Assembly: GCA_043825875.1 (NCBI GenBank)
Contig: JBDRRF010000010.1
Coordinates: 1-35,266 of the forward strand
Direction of reading: 5' to 3'
DNA: 35,266 bases
From: Pseudomonadota bacterium
GTDB lineage: Bacteria; Desulfobacterota; Desulfobacteria; Desulfobacterales; RPRI01
The position numbers were made by a program, and so were the translations under genes. This document shows, one piece after another, positions 17,153 to 25,410 of this stretch. A model generated the notes under the pieces. It searched no databases, was not told the DNA's origin, and saw only the letters and a program-made list of their open reading frames with translations. Within the stretch, counting starts at the first letter, position 1; each line of letters begins with the position of its first letter.

Positions 17153-17683
17153 TTATTCCTTATGAACAATTTCTTTCAAATCTTCATCAAGAAGTTCCCA
17201 AAGATGAGGATGGCTTTCAATTAATCGAGCGATATCACCGAGGTCTTTGAGCTTTTTGCTCTGTCTTCTTTCCGTATCTCGCCACGCTTTGATTTTTCCG
17301 TGCAAAGTGTCCACCAGAGACGCAACTCGCATCAGAATTCCGTGGATATCTGCCGGAACGGAACGGCTGGGAAAGTCTTTATAGAAATCTTCCGTGCTTA
17401 ATTGGAGGCTCACTTTAGAATGACCGTGAAAATTAATAGACCATTGAAAGCGTTCCGATTTAAAGCCGGCATCTTCAAGGGATTTTGTCGCAAGCTCCAC
17501 AGATTCCGCAGCGACAACAAAATCAACGTCTTGGGTGACCATGGGCTCATCAGCCCAATGATTCACCGCTATTCCTCCTATTGCGCACCATACAAGGTCT
17601 GCCCGCTCCAAGCAATCAACCATGCGCATAACATCGTCTGTACCGCCTGCCGTCTGCCAGTCATAAAATTTTTTTGGAGTCAT
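17153..17683 (-). CDS. Putative nucleotidyltransferase (AbiEii-like Pol-beta fold)
   Basis: IGGIAV...TQDVDF and C-terminal K...KDLGDI motifs. Confidence 0.7.
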   Translation of the reverse strand: MTPKKFYDWQTAGGTDDVMRMVDCLERADLVWCAIGGIAVNHWADEPMVTQDVDFVVAAESVELATKSLEDAGFKSERFQWSINFHGHSKVSLQLSTEDFYKDFPSRSVPADIHGILMRVASLVDTLHGKIKAWRDTERRQSKKLKDLGDIARLIESHPHLWELLDEDLKEIVHKE

Positions 17684-17712
17684 GTTGTGCTCCCTGAATA
17701 TTTTGTTCCTAT

Positions 17713-17812
17713 GCCGAACAATATGTTAAACAGATTTCTTTTAACATCTGAAAATCATGGAGTTATCAATATCATATTAAAGATTATATTGGCAATACCT
17801 ATATGATGTTAT
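17713..17812 (-). repeat. Dispersed module ending in attI-like site B
   Basis: Aligns to 21197-21296; ends GAAATCT-GTTTAAC-ATATT-GTTCGGC, with the NTase ATG ~30 bp further on. Confidence 0.65.
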
Positions 17813-17922
17813 GTTCTTTGATTTCTTGACACCTGTTTGGAAATAAGGAAGTAGTGGCTTTATTTAATGAACAGCCTCATTGTCTCGGGTGAAGATATAA
17901 AACCTGCTTAGATTGTATGTTG

Positions 17923-18615
17923 TTATGCCGGGTTCGGACCCCTTATTTTCATCATTTGGTTTCCGCCTTGCTGAAATTCGTAAGAAACAGAAACGATGGT
18001 CACAGAATATCCCGTTACAGAAAGTCTGTCGGTGACAGATTGAAGATGCCGTGATATCTTTGAGCCGAGTTCAAGCAGTGGAAAAATTCGAACCTCGTTA
18101 GCAACTCGGCACAGTTCCAGGATTGACGCAACATGAAAATCCTCGGAGAGTTGTTCGCTGTACAAAAAAAGCAGGTGTGAACAGACAGCAAGACCAAATT
18201 CCTGATCAGCAAATGGTAGATGTGGCAACACGCCGTCGACATATCGACCTTGCTCTACACCCTGCGGATAGTCGGACAGAAATTCCTCCATTGCGGTCAT
18301 GCGTATTTGCCCAAGTTTATACACCGACTCTATATTTGTCCATATGAATTCATGACTGTTCTTGCGTGTCTGTTCCATCACATCCGCATATGTCTCCTTG
18401 ATACGCTTGCGAATGTCTTCAGTCGAAAATCGATAAAGCGGGTCTATAGATATAATCTGACCGCCCTGCATGGAAAGCAAAGCATTAAAGGAGGCCGGTC
18501 CATCGCCGCAGCCCAATATTCGTCTCCGAAGATCCGCGTCTGATAAGGAAAACATCGCAACATACTCGTCAAACGACCTTCCCCAAGGGACAACTTTTTC
18601 AAGTGCGAAACTCAT
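17923..18615 (-). CDS. Class I SAM-dependent methyltransferase-like protein
   Basis: Likely start MSFALEKVVPWGRS at 18615; ILGCGDGPASFN, LPF, VCSHLLFLY. Confidence 0.8.
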   Translation of the reverse strand: MSFALEKVVPWGRSFDEYVAMFSLSDADLRRRILGCGDGPASFNALLSMQGGQIISIDPLYRFSTEDIRKRIKETYADVMEQTRKNSHEFIWTNIESVYKLGQIRMTAMEEFLSDYPQGVEQGRYVDGVLPHLPFADQEFGLAVCSHLLFLYSEQLSEDFHVASILELCRVANEVRIFPLLELGSKISRHLQSVTDRLSVTGYSVTIVSVSYEFQQGGNQMMKIRGPNPA

Positions 18616-18814
18616 TATTTCTATCTTTCTATGGATTTTCCGGCAAGAAACACGGAGGCTTTTTAAAAGTGGCTCCATTGTCTTTAATTTCGTTATTGGT
18701 TTTAAATGTTTTGGCTTGTTTCTACAATACTTTTTGCAAGAACAGCGCTTGTCATAACCAAAGATTCGGGTTCAAGATAAAACTTTGAATGTTTTTTGAA
18801 AAAGGAAGTATTCA

Positions 18815-19618
18815 TTAACCATGCCGTAGAGCAAGCTTTCCGAACATCACGGCAAGACCCGTGCCGATAGTATATACTGATTCAATTGGAAGATTTTTTT
18901 CTACGTTCACATCAAAAAAAAGATTCAGGGTAGACGGCAAACCCTCTTCCGCTTTCCAGTAGCAAATCAGAAGAGGGACTTTGGGCAATGGATGCAATAC
19001 TATCGAAACATCAGATTGATAATGATTTTGGACCTGCTTCCCGTTGAAAATATAGACAAGATCTTTAAAAAAATCCGTATAGGTGTCGGCAATTTTTTTT
19101 AATGGCTCTTCGCAGCGTTTGACAAAAAAATTATCCCACTCTTTTCCCCTTTCAAGTTCTCGCAAAGGAACCCATGTATCATCCGGTGAAACTCCCTGTG
19201 CTTTTAGTACGTAATTAAGCACAGGACCTGCAACCCATTGGTTGATATGGATATCGGAAGATAACTGCCCCTGCGAATTCACATGAAAATCTTTCCCCAA
19301 AACCTTGATTATCAATTGGCCTCTGATATATCTGCCTCCGGTACGGTCTGCAGCCAAAGCCAGATCAATTTCGCTGATTTGCTTTTGAAGCTGGACTATC
19401 CCGTCTTCCTGAATTTCCATGGAGGTACCGGATTTTGGGGGTGCGGTACTGCAATACTCTTTGGCAATTTCCGGATCGACCTTTGGACAGTCTCCAAGGT
19501 TTTTTTCACCTTTAAACACTGCAAGGGCAAAAACCAGACAGGTAGCAAAACCGCATGCCCGGCAGTTGGATTTATCCAGTAATTTCAAAATTTCAATAGT
19601 ATTTTCAGGGTATTTCAT
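18815..19618 (-). CDS. Fe-S domain plus DUF3786-like protein
   Basis: Likely start MKYPEN after AGGAG; N-terminal CxxCxxxxC-x16-CP; C-terminal PLPKVPLLICYW..E.....LFFD. Confidence 0.8.
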   Translation of the reverse strand: MKYPENTIEILKLLDKSNCRACGFATCLVFALAVFKGEKNLGDCPKVDPEIAKEYCSTAPPKSGTSMEIQEDGIVQLQKQISEIDLALAADRTGGRYIRGQLIIKVLGKDFHVNSQGQLSSDIHINQWVAGPVLNYVLKAQGVSPDDTWVPLRELERGKEWDNFFVKRCEEPLKKIADTYTDFFKDLVYIFNGKQVQNHYQSDVSIVLHPLPKVPLLICYWKAEEGLPSTLNLFFDVNVEKNLPIESVYTIGTGLAVMFGKLALRHG

Positions 19619-19717
19619 TTTTTGATATCTCCTTTTATTTGAAAATTCAGGTTGGCCGTGTGATTCTATGCAAAACATTCTTTATTATATTTAAAAGCAT
19701 AATTAAGTCCTGTTTAC

Positions 19718-19735
19718 ATCACCCAAATGGGGGAT
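19718..19735. promoter_or_regulatory. 18-bp imperfect palindrome, candidate operator
   Basis: ATCACCC-AAAT-GGGGGAT about 100 bp upstream of the DUF3786 gene and upstream of a minus-strand TATAAT at 19684-19689. Confidence 0.5.
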
Positions 19736-19826
19736 TTGGTGTATTTTTTTTAAAAAAAGCTCATTGGATACTACAGCAGGATGAAAAATTGCCGGGATTT
19801 TTGCTTAAAGCCTGGGGATAAGGAGG

Positions 19827-20127
19827 CATAAACGCTGAGTTAATTAATCTATAACAACTATATGAAAGTAAATTGAATATCGAATATAGAACAAGGAAAC
19901 AACCCCCTTAATCCCTCTTTATAAGGGGGAATAAATATCGAAGGAAGATAAACGGTATGATATCTATGATCGTTTGATAGATTTTGCTGTGAGAATTATC
20001 AATATTTGTTAAAAGTATTGAAACCGCAATGAGTTAGAATAAATAATATTAATAATTCGAAATTCCTTGTTCGATATTGGATATTCGTTTTTATAGAGAA
20101 ACTTAATAAATTGACTTAGCGCTTATG
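19827..20127. mobile_element. 301-bp non-autonomous element (IS4/IS231-like ends) with nested cargo
   Basis: TIRs CATAAACGCTGAGTTAATT / AATTGACTTAGCGCTTATG (16/19); exact 11-bp TSD GGATAAGGAGG at 19816-19826 and 20128-20138. Confidence 0.85.
19947..20037 (+). pseudogene. Internally deleted four-helix-bundle (23S rRNA IVS protein-like) gene
   Basis: DKRYDIYDRLIDFAVRIINI overlaps, in another frame, SIFVKSIETAMS*: N- and C-terminal signatures with the middle missing. Confidence 0.65.
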
Positions 20128-20140
20128 GGATAAGGAGGAG

Positions 20141-21100
20141 TTATGAATCTTCATCCATAAGATTATACCGTGTCGCCCAGACGGCAGCCTGGGTCCGGTC
20201 ATTTACTCCAATCTTATTAAAAATGTGGACCACATGACTTTTTACGGTGTGGGGGCTGATGCCCAGAATCTTTGCTATTTCAGGGTTTGTGTAACCATTG
20301 GTTATATATTTAAGCACCTGGATTTCACGCAGGCTTAACGGCAGGATGCCCGCTTTTCCATCCGGATCAAAAAAATCAGCAATGGTAGTATTGTTACCGG
20401 TATCGTTTTTGATACCATTCTCGTCTATTATTGCATCTCCCGTGTCAGGTATGCCATTTGTTTCATAGTCGGTTTGTTCAATGTGGTGTGCAGGAAAAGC
20501 CGGAGAAGATTCTTCCGGCACATCAAAATCGATTGTAATAGTAGAAGCAAGATCGCCTTTGTCGTCAAAAACCGGATATACCTTGCTTATGTTGATGGGC
20601 GCAGCAAACTCCATACAATAATCGGGCTTGGTTTCTCCATTACGCAGGGCTGATGCAAACGCCATACATGTGGCATATCCGCATTTTTTACAATTAGTTT
20701 TCGGCAGAAGCTTTAAAATGTCTATAACAGAAGGTGGACGGTATCTTCGATAATCGGGCTGTATAAAATCGCGTTTGCGATATAGATCATCAATGTAATC
20801 CATCAACTGCTTAAAAAAATCAAGGGCTGCCTGTTGGTTTAAAAAAGATGCGGCTACCAGTTCATTAGGATAAAGACTACATTTAATATCATTAAAATTA
20901 AACTGTATGTATTCCGGACGATCATGAAACCTGGCATCGGACAAGGATGCGTTTATATAGGGGAATATGTTTCTGATATCGCTTTTCAACTTAAAATAAG
21001 CACCCCAGAAGCGAGTTGTCATAACACCCGTTTTTGAAAGAGAGAAATCTATGAAATCCATATTTAAGTTATACTGAAAATTCTCTTTGATATTATCCAA
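20141..21100 (-). CDS. LuxR-family transcriptional regulator with central Fe-S domain
   Basis: LLPKTNCKKCGYATCMAFA...C, then LSLREIQVL...TNPEIAKILGISPHTVKSHVVHIFNKIGV; start uncertain. Confidence 0.88.
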   Translation of the reverse strand: MDNIKENFQYNLNMDFIDFSLSKTGVMTTRFWGAYFKLKSDIRNIFPYINASLSDARFHDRPEYIQFNFNDIKCSLYPNELVAASFLNQQAALDFFKQLMDYIDDLYRKRDFIQPDYRRYRPPSVIDILKLLPKTNCKKCGYATCMAFASALRNGETKPDYCMEFAAPINISKVYPVFDDKGDLASTITIDFDVPEESSPAFPAHHIEQTDYETNGIPDTGDAIIDENGIKNDTGNNTTIADFFDPDGKAGILPLSLREIQVLKYITNGYTNPEIAKILGISPHTVKSHVVHIFNKIGVNDRTQAAVWATRYNLMDEDS

Positions 21101-21103
21101 CTT

Positions 21104-21144
21104 GTTAACTATTCATTTTATTTTTTTAGGCAGTTAACTATTCA
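21104..21144. promoter_or_regulatory. 12-bp direct repeat upstream of the LuxR gene
   Basis: GTTAACTATTCA at 21104-21115 and 21133-21144. Confidence 0.4.
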
Positions 21145-21196
21145 ATTTCAAGGCTTTTATTCCGATTTATGTTTTAACGTGATTCCTGAAACCAAC

Positions 21197-21303
21197 ACCT
21201 GACAATAGATTAAACGAATTTCTTTTATCATCTAAAATTGTAGAGTTATCAATACCATAATTGAAATTCTATTGGCAACATCTATATGATTCTATTGATA
21301 TTA
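21197..21303 (-). repeat. Dispersed module ending in attI-like site C
   Basis: GAAATTC-GTTTAAT-CTATT-GTCAGGT; remainder aligns to 17713-17812 and 16453-16502. Confidence 0.65.
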
Positions 21304-21451
21304 GTGTATGTTAAAAATATACAGTTTATTAGAAAGGGCTTTACATAAGGATGTTTTTAAGCTAGAAAATAAGTTTGTATCATTTGATAGCATACAATAA
21401 AAGATCAGCCATCATGTAAATTATAATGGTGTAGCAGAAGGAGAAATAATA

Positions 21452-22729
21452 ATGGACAACATTTCCGGTTGGGACTGGGATATCGGTAAGAAATTAATTG
21501 CTGATATTTCAGACTGGAAAAATACATATAAATGGGTGGAAGAACCTTATGTAAGTTCAGATGGTGAAAAAATTGCAGCTGTAATTCAGGTTCCCGATGA
21601 TGAAGTTTTTACCATGTGCGAAAATGGTGTTGCATGGGAAAATTCTTTCGACAGAATCTGGTATCCAAGATATTCGCCGGATGGCAGACTAACGGCTTTT
21701 GTTTCGGATTCCATGGAATGGGCTCTTGCCGTAAACGGGGAAACCGTAGAAGATAAATACGATTTCGCATGGGATACCCGTTTTGGCGATGATGGAAAAA
21801 ACATAATCTATATGGCGCAGAAAGAGGGAAAATATTTTGCCGTAGTAAACGATGTGCCCTGGGAAAATATTTTTTTAAATTTGACCGGCCTTGCGGTTAG
21901 CAATGATGGCAAAAGGGTTGGTGCTGTGGCACAGACTGTTGCCTTTAAAGAAGCTGAAATATTCAAATTCCAGGAAGGTTGTTACGCGGCGGTAGTTGAC
22001 GGAGTAGTATGGAATAAAAATTTCGTAAATGTATGGGATGTTGTTTTTAGTCCTGATGGCAAAAAGGTTGCTGCAGGAATAAGGACGAGCCTTTATGATT
22101 ACACAATTGCTATAGATGGAATCCCCTGGGATAAAAGCTTTGCCTCTGTTTGGGAACCGGTGTTTAGCCCGAAAGATGCTTCCGTTTCTGTTCCTGTTCG
22201 TTCTTCCGGAAAATGGTTTCTGGCAAAAGACGGTCAAATTTTATGGGATAAACCATTTGAACAGCTCTGGCATCATATATATAGCCAGGATGGAAATAAA
22301 ATTGCGGCGATTGTTGCTCCTCAGTTTGGCAGGTGGACAATTGCCGTTGATGGAAATACATGGGATATAACCTTTGCCGATATGGTTACGGATGCCGTTT
22401 TCAGTCCTGATGGACGCAAAGTCGCGTGCCTTGGAAAAGATAGTAACAAATGGACGGTTGCTGTTGATGGAAATACATGGGATGAATATGACATGGCCTG
22501 GAAGCCTGTTTTCAGTCCTGACGGCAACAATGTTGCTGCAAAGGTTGAAAAAAACGGCAGTTATACAATAGTTGTTAACGGGAAACCTTTAAAAGAAGAT
22601 TTTGCAGCAGTATGGAATCCGGTATTTAGTCCTGACTCAAAAAAGGTTTTAATCAAAGCAATAGAATCCGGGAGCAATGAAAATAAATATTTTAGACGTG
22701 TTATCCCCGTTAGCGATATTACGGGTTGA
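21452..22729 (+). CDS. tmcD: Tmc complex subunit TmcD (Trp-rich beta-propeller-like)
   Basis: Repeated W.PVFSPDG units; first gene of an operon with TmcC/B/A-like genes. Confidence 0.85.
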   Translation: MDNISGWDWDIGKKLIADISDWKNTYKWVEEPYVSSDGEKIAAVIQVPDDEVFTMCENGVAWENSFDRIWYPRYSPDGRLTAFVSDSMEWALAVNGETVEDKYDFAWDTRFGDDGKNIIYMAQKEGKYFAVVNDVPWENIFLNLTGLAVSNDGKRVGAVAQTVAFKEAEIFKFQEGCYAAVVDGVVWNKNFVNVWDVVFSPDGKKVAAGIRTSLYDYTIAIDGIPWDKSFASVWEPVFSPKDASVSVPVRSSGKWFLAKDGQILWDKPFEQLWHHIYSQDGNKIAAIVAPQFGRWTIAVDGNTWDITFADMVTDAVFSPDGRKVACLGKDSNKWTVAVDGNTWDEYDMAWKPVFSPDGNNVAAKVEKNGSYTIVVNGKPLKEDFAAVWNPVFSPDSKKVLIKAIESGSNENKYFRRVIPVSDITG

Positions 22730-22743
22730 AAGGAAAGTAAGTT

Positions 22744-23403
22744 ATGCATGACATTTATAATTTTGTCAGCGGCCCTATGGTCTGGGCTTCTTTCATTTTA
22801 TTTGCGGCAGGATGTATTTATAGATTTATCTCCATGGCTTTACTAGCCAGAAAAAAAGATCCTTTTATATACAATTATATGAGCCCGTATCATGCACTGC
22901 GTTCTGTCTTTCACTGGTTAACCCCTTTTGGAAGCGAGAGCATGAAAAAACAACCTGTATTTACTAGTGTTGCTTTTGCGTTCCATATCTGCATAATTCT
23001 TGCTCCTCTTTTTCTTTTTGCTCATATAATTCTTATTAAACAATCGTGGAATATAAGCTGGTGGTTTATATCAGATACTACTGCTGATATTATGACAGTC
23101 ATTGTCATTGCTTCATGTGTTTATTTTCTTATAAGAAGAATTGTCCGGCCTGAGGTGAAATACCTTACTTCTGCTTCCGATTTTATTATACTTGCTTTGG
23201 TTGCAGCACCTTTTATTACAGGCTTCTGGACTTATCACCAGTTTGCAGGATACAATATTATGGGAATTTTACACATCCTGTCTGGAGAAATCATGCTGGT
23301 TTCCATACCTTTTACCCGTTTAAGCCATATGCTTTTTTTCCCGATTTCAAGAGGGTATATGGGTTCGGAATTTGGAGCAATACGTAATGCAAAAGACTGG
23401 TAA
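22744..23403 (+). CDS. tmcC: Tmc complex membrane cytochrome b subunit
   Basis: NarI-like TM protein with His in FHIC, FAH, LHIL and PFTRLSH. Confidence 0.85.
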   Translation: MHDIYNFVSGPMVWASFILFAAGCIYRFISMALLARKKDPFIYNYMSPYHALRSVFHWLTPFGSESMKKQPVFTSVAFAFHICIILAPLFLFAHIILIKQSWNISWWFISDTTADIMTVIVIASCVYFLIRRIVRPEVKYLTSASDFIILALVAAPFITGFWTYHQFAGYNIMGILHILSGEIMLVSIPFTRLSHMLFFPISRGYMGSEFGAIRNAKDW

Positions 23404-23436
23404 AACTATACAAGACTTTCCCAAGGAGACAATATA

Positions 23437-24771
23437 ATGTCTGAAACCGTAATCAATGCCGCCAAAGAAATAACCGATGAGGGAATTGTCGGGGGGGCGG
23501 CGAAACTAACTCCTGAAAAAATAGAAAAGGTTATAAACAGTGTATTAAAAGCCGAGGGAGGCGCCCGGCTTAAAACATATGTTGATATCTGTGCTCACTG
23601 CGGGCTTTGCAGTGAGGCATGTCATTATTATCTTTCCCATGATAAAGATCCGAAATATTCCCCGGCTGGCAAGGTAAAGCAGACCGTATGGAAAATCCTG
23701 AAAAAAAAGGGTAAAGTTGATGTCGAGTTTATGAAACGCGCATCTGAAATTGCTTCCACCGAATGCAATCTCTGCCGGCGTTGTGTAATGTATTGCCCTT
23801 TTGGAATTGATATTGCCTACTTGCTTTTAACTGTCAGAAGAATATGCCACAAATTGGGAATTACTCCTCAGTATATACAGGATACCGCACACAGCCATTC
23901 AGCTACGGCAAACCAGATGTGGGTTAAAGACGATGAATGGATAGACAGTCTTATGTGGCAGGAAGATGAAGCTCGCGCCGAAATACCCGATTTGCGGATA
24001 CCGATTGATAAAGAGGGAGCCGATATCTTTTATTCCGTTATTGGCCCGGAACCCAAGTTCCGCGCACAGCTTATATATCAGGCGGCAGTTATAATGCATG
24101 CTGCCGGTGTTAACTGGACTATGCCTGCTACTCCGGGATGGGATAACAGCGACATGTGTATGTTTACCGGCGATTTTGAAATGATGGCAAGGTTAAAAAA
24201 AGTACACTTTGAATCTGCTGCAAGACTGAAAGTTAAAAAAATTGTAATGGGTGAATGCGGCCATGCTTTCCGCTCGGTTCATGACGTTGGCAACAGGGCG
24301 CTTGCATGGAAAATGTCACCCATAGAAGTAGTTCATGCAATTGAATTCTACTACCAGCTTATAAGGGACAAAAAGATTAACATAATTAAAAAATATGAAA
24401 AACCGGTTACATTCCATGACCCTTGCAATACGGTTCGTGGAAGAGGCCTTCATGAGATGGGGCGTTTTGTTACAAATGCAACCTGTGAAACACTGATTGA
24501 AATGCATCCGAACCGCGAGCACAATTACTGCTGCTGCGCAGGCGGCGGTGTTATAAACTGCGGCCCTCCTTATAAAAAAGCGCGAATAGACGGAGACAAA
24601 ATCAAGGCAGAACAATTGGCTGCGGCGAAGGCAAAAGGCGCTCAAACAATTATTGCTCCATGCCATAACTGTCACGGAGGACTTGAAGACATTATTCATC
24701 ACTACAAGCTTGATATGGATTTGAAATTTCTTGGCGATATTATTTATGAAACTATGGAAAAGCCGGAATAA
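23437..24771 (+). CDS. tmcB: Tmc complex Fe-S (HdrD-like, CCG) subunit
   Basis: CAHCGLCSEAC, CNLCRRCVMYCP, ECGH, HDPCN, CCCAGGG, APCHNC. Confidence 0.9.
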   Translation: MSETVINAAKEITDEGIVGGAAKLTPEKIEKVINSVLKAEGGARLKTYVDICAHCGLCSEACHYYLSHDKDPKYSPAGKVKQTVWKILKKKGKVDVEFMKRASEIASTECNLCRRCVMYCPFGIDIAYLLLTVRRICHKLGITPQYIQDTAHSHSATANQMWVKDDEWIDSLMWQEDEARAEIPDLRIPIDKEGADIFYSVIGPEPKFRAQLIYQAAVIMHAAGVNWTMPATPGWDNSDMCMFTGDFEMMARLKKVHFESAARLKVKKIVMGECGHAFRSVHDVGNRALAWKMSPIEVVHAIEFYYQLIRDKKINIIKKYEKPVTFHDPCNTVRGRGLHEMGRFVTNATCETLIEMHPNREHNYCCCAGGGVINCGPPYKKARIDGDKIKAEQLAAAKAKGAQTIIAPCHNCHGGLEDIIHHYKLDMDLKFLGDIIYETMEKPE

Positions 24772-24798
24772 TACGCAATATATAATGAGGTATCACTT

Positions 24799-25176
24799 AT
24801 GAGAAGGAAGTTTTTGGGACTATTTTCGATAATTATTTTGTCTATTATCTTTGTATATACAGCTGCCTATTCACAGGAAGATATTAAATATGTTCAGGAC
24901 CCTGCATTTACAAAAAAAATGAGGCCTGATCCGGTTTTTAACCATGATGAACATAACGAAAATGCAGATATTGAAGATTGCAGCACATGCCATCATTTTT
25001 ATAAAGACAAAGAAAAAATTGAGGATGAAACATCGGAAGACATGAAGTGTTCCGAATGTCATATTATTGATAAAGATCCCGTACCTCTTGTGAACAAATA
25101 TCATAAACGCTGCAAAGGATGCCATGAACAGGAAAAGGCGGGGCCTGTAATGTGCGGCGAATGCCATATTAAGTAA
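24799..25176 (+). CDS. tmcA: Acidic tetraheme cytochrome c3
   Basis: Signal peptide, four CxxCH motifs (CSTCH, CSECH, CKGCH, CGECH), acidic composition. Confidence 0.9.
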   Translation: MRRKFLGLFSIIILSIIFVYTAAYSQEDIKYVQDPAFTKKMRPDPVFNHDEHNENADIEDCSTCHHFYKDKEKIEDETSEDMKCSECHIIDKDPVPLVNKYHKRCKGCHEQEKAGPVMCGECHIK

Positions 25177-25319
25177 TGTCCGTCCATAAGCGGCATCTTG
25201 TGACCCATATCTTCGTTCTCGCATTTTTGAAATACTCGACGAAAACACATTACGCCTGCGTTTTCAAAAATGCTGCGGCCTTGATATGAATCGCAACCTA
25301 CCATTTCTTGACGGACATT
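25175..25319. mobile_element. MITE family B
   Basis: TIRs AATGTCCGTC / GACGGACATT; flanking AAGT duplication (ATTAAGTAA at both junctions, so boundary ambiguous by 1-2 bp); internal GCATTTTTGAAA / TTTCAAAAATGC stem. Confidence 0.8.
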
Positions 25320-25410
25320 AAGTAAATATTTTTGGAAGAGCTTTAAACAACTGAACCCTTGAATCCCGGGCACCTTTCTCCCAACTAACCGGTGGAAGAA
25401 GCAATAATAA

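Noticed and set aside
18661..18675. TTTTAAAAGTGGCTC resembling a MITE A end (14/15)
   Set aside because: No partner TIR or internal MITE sequence; could be a relic or chance
22340..22485. Repeated GTTGATGGAAATACATGGGAT and TTCAGTCCTGA strings
   Set aside because: Coding repeats of TmcD propeller blades; not CRISPR and no adenine-specific DGR TR/VR pattern
25353..25400. GAACCCTTGAATCCC...TTCTCCCAACTAACCGGTGGAAGAA, possible remnant of another heptamer/hairpin repeat
   Set aside because: Single degenerate copy; boundaries cannot be defined from this window
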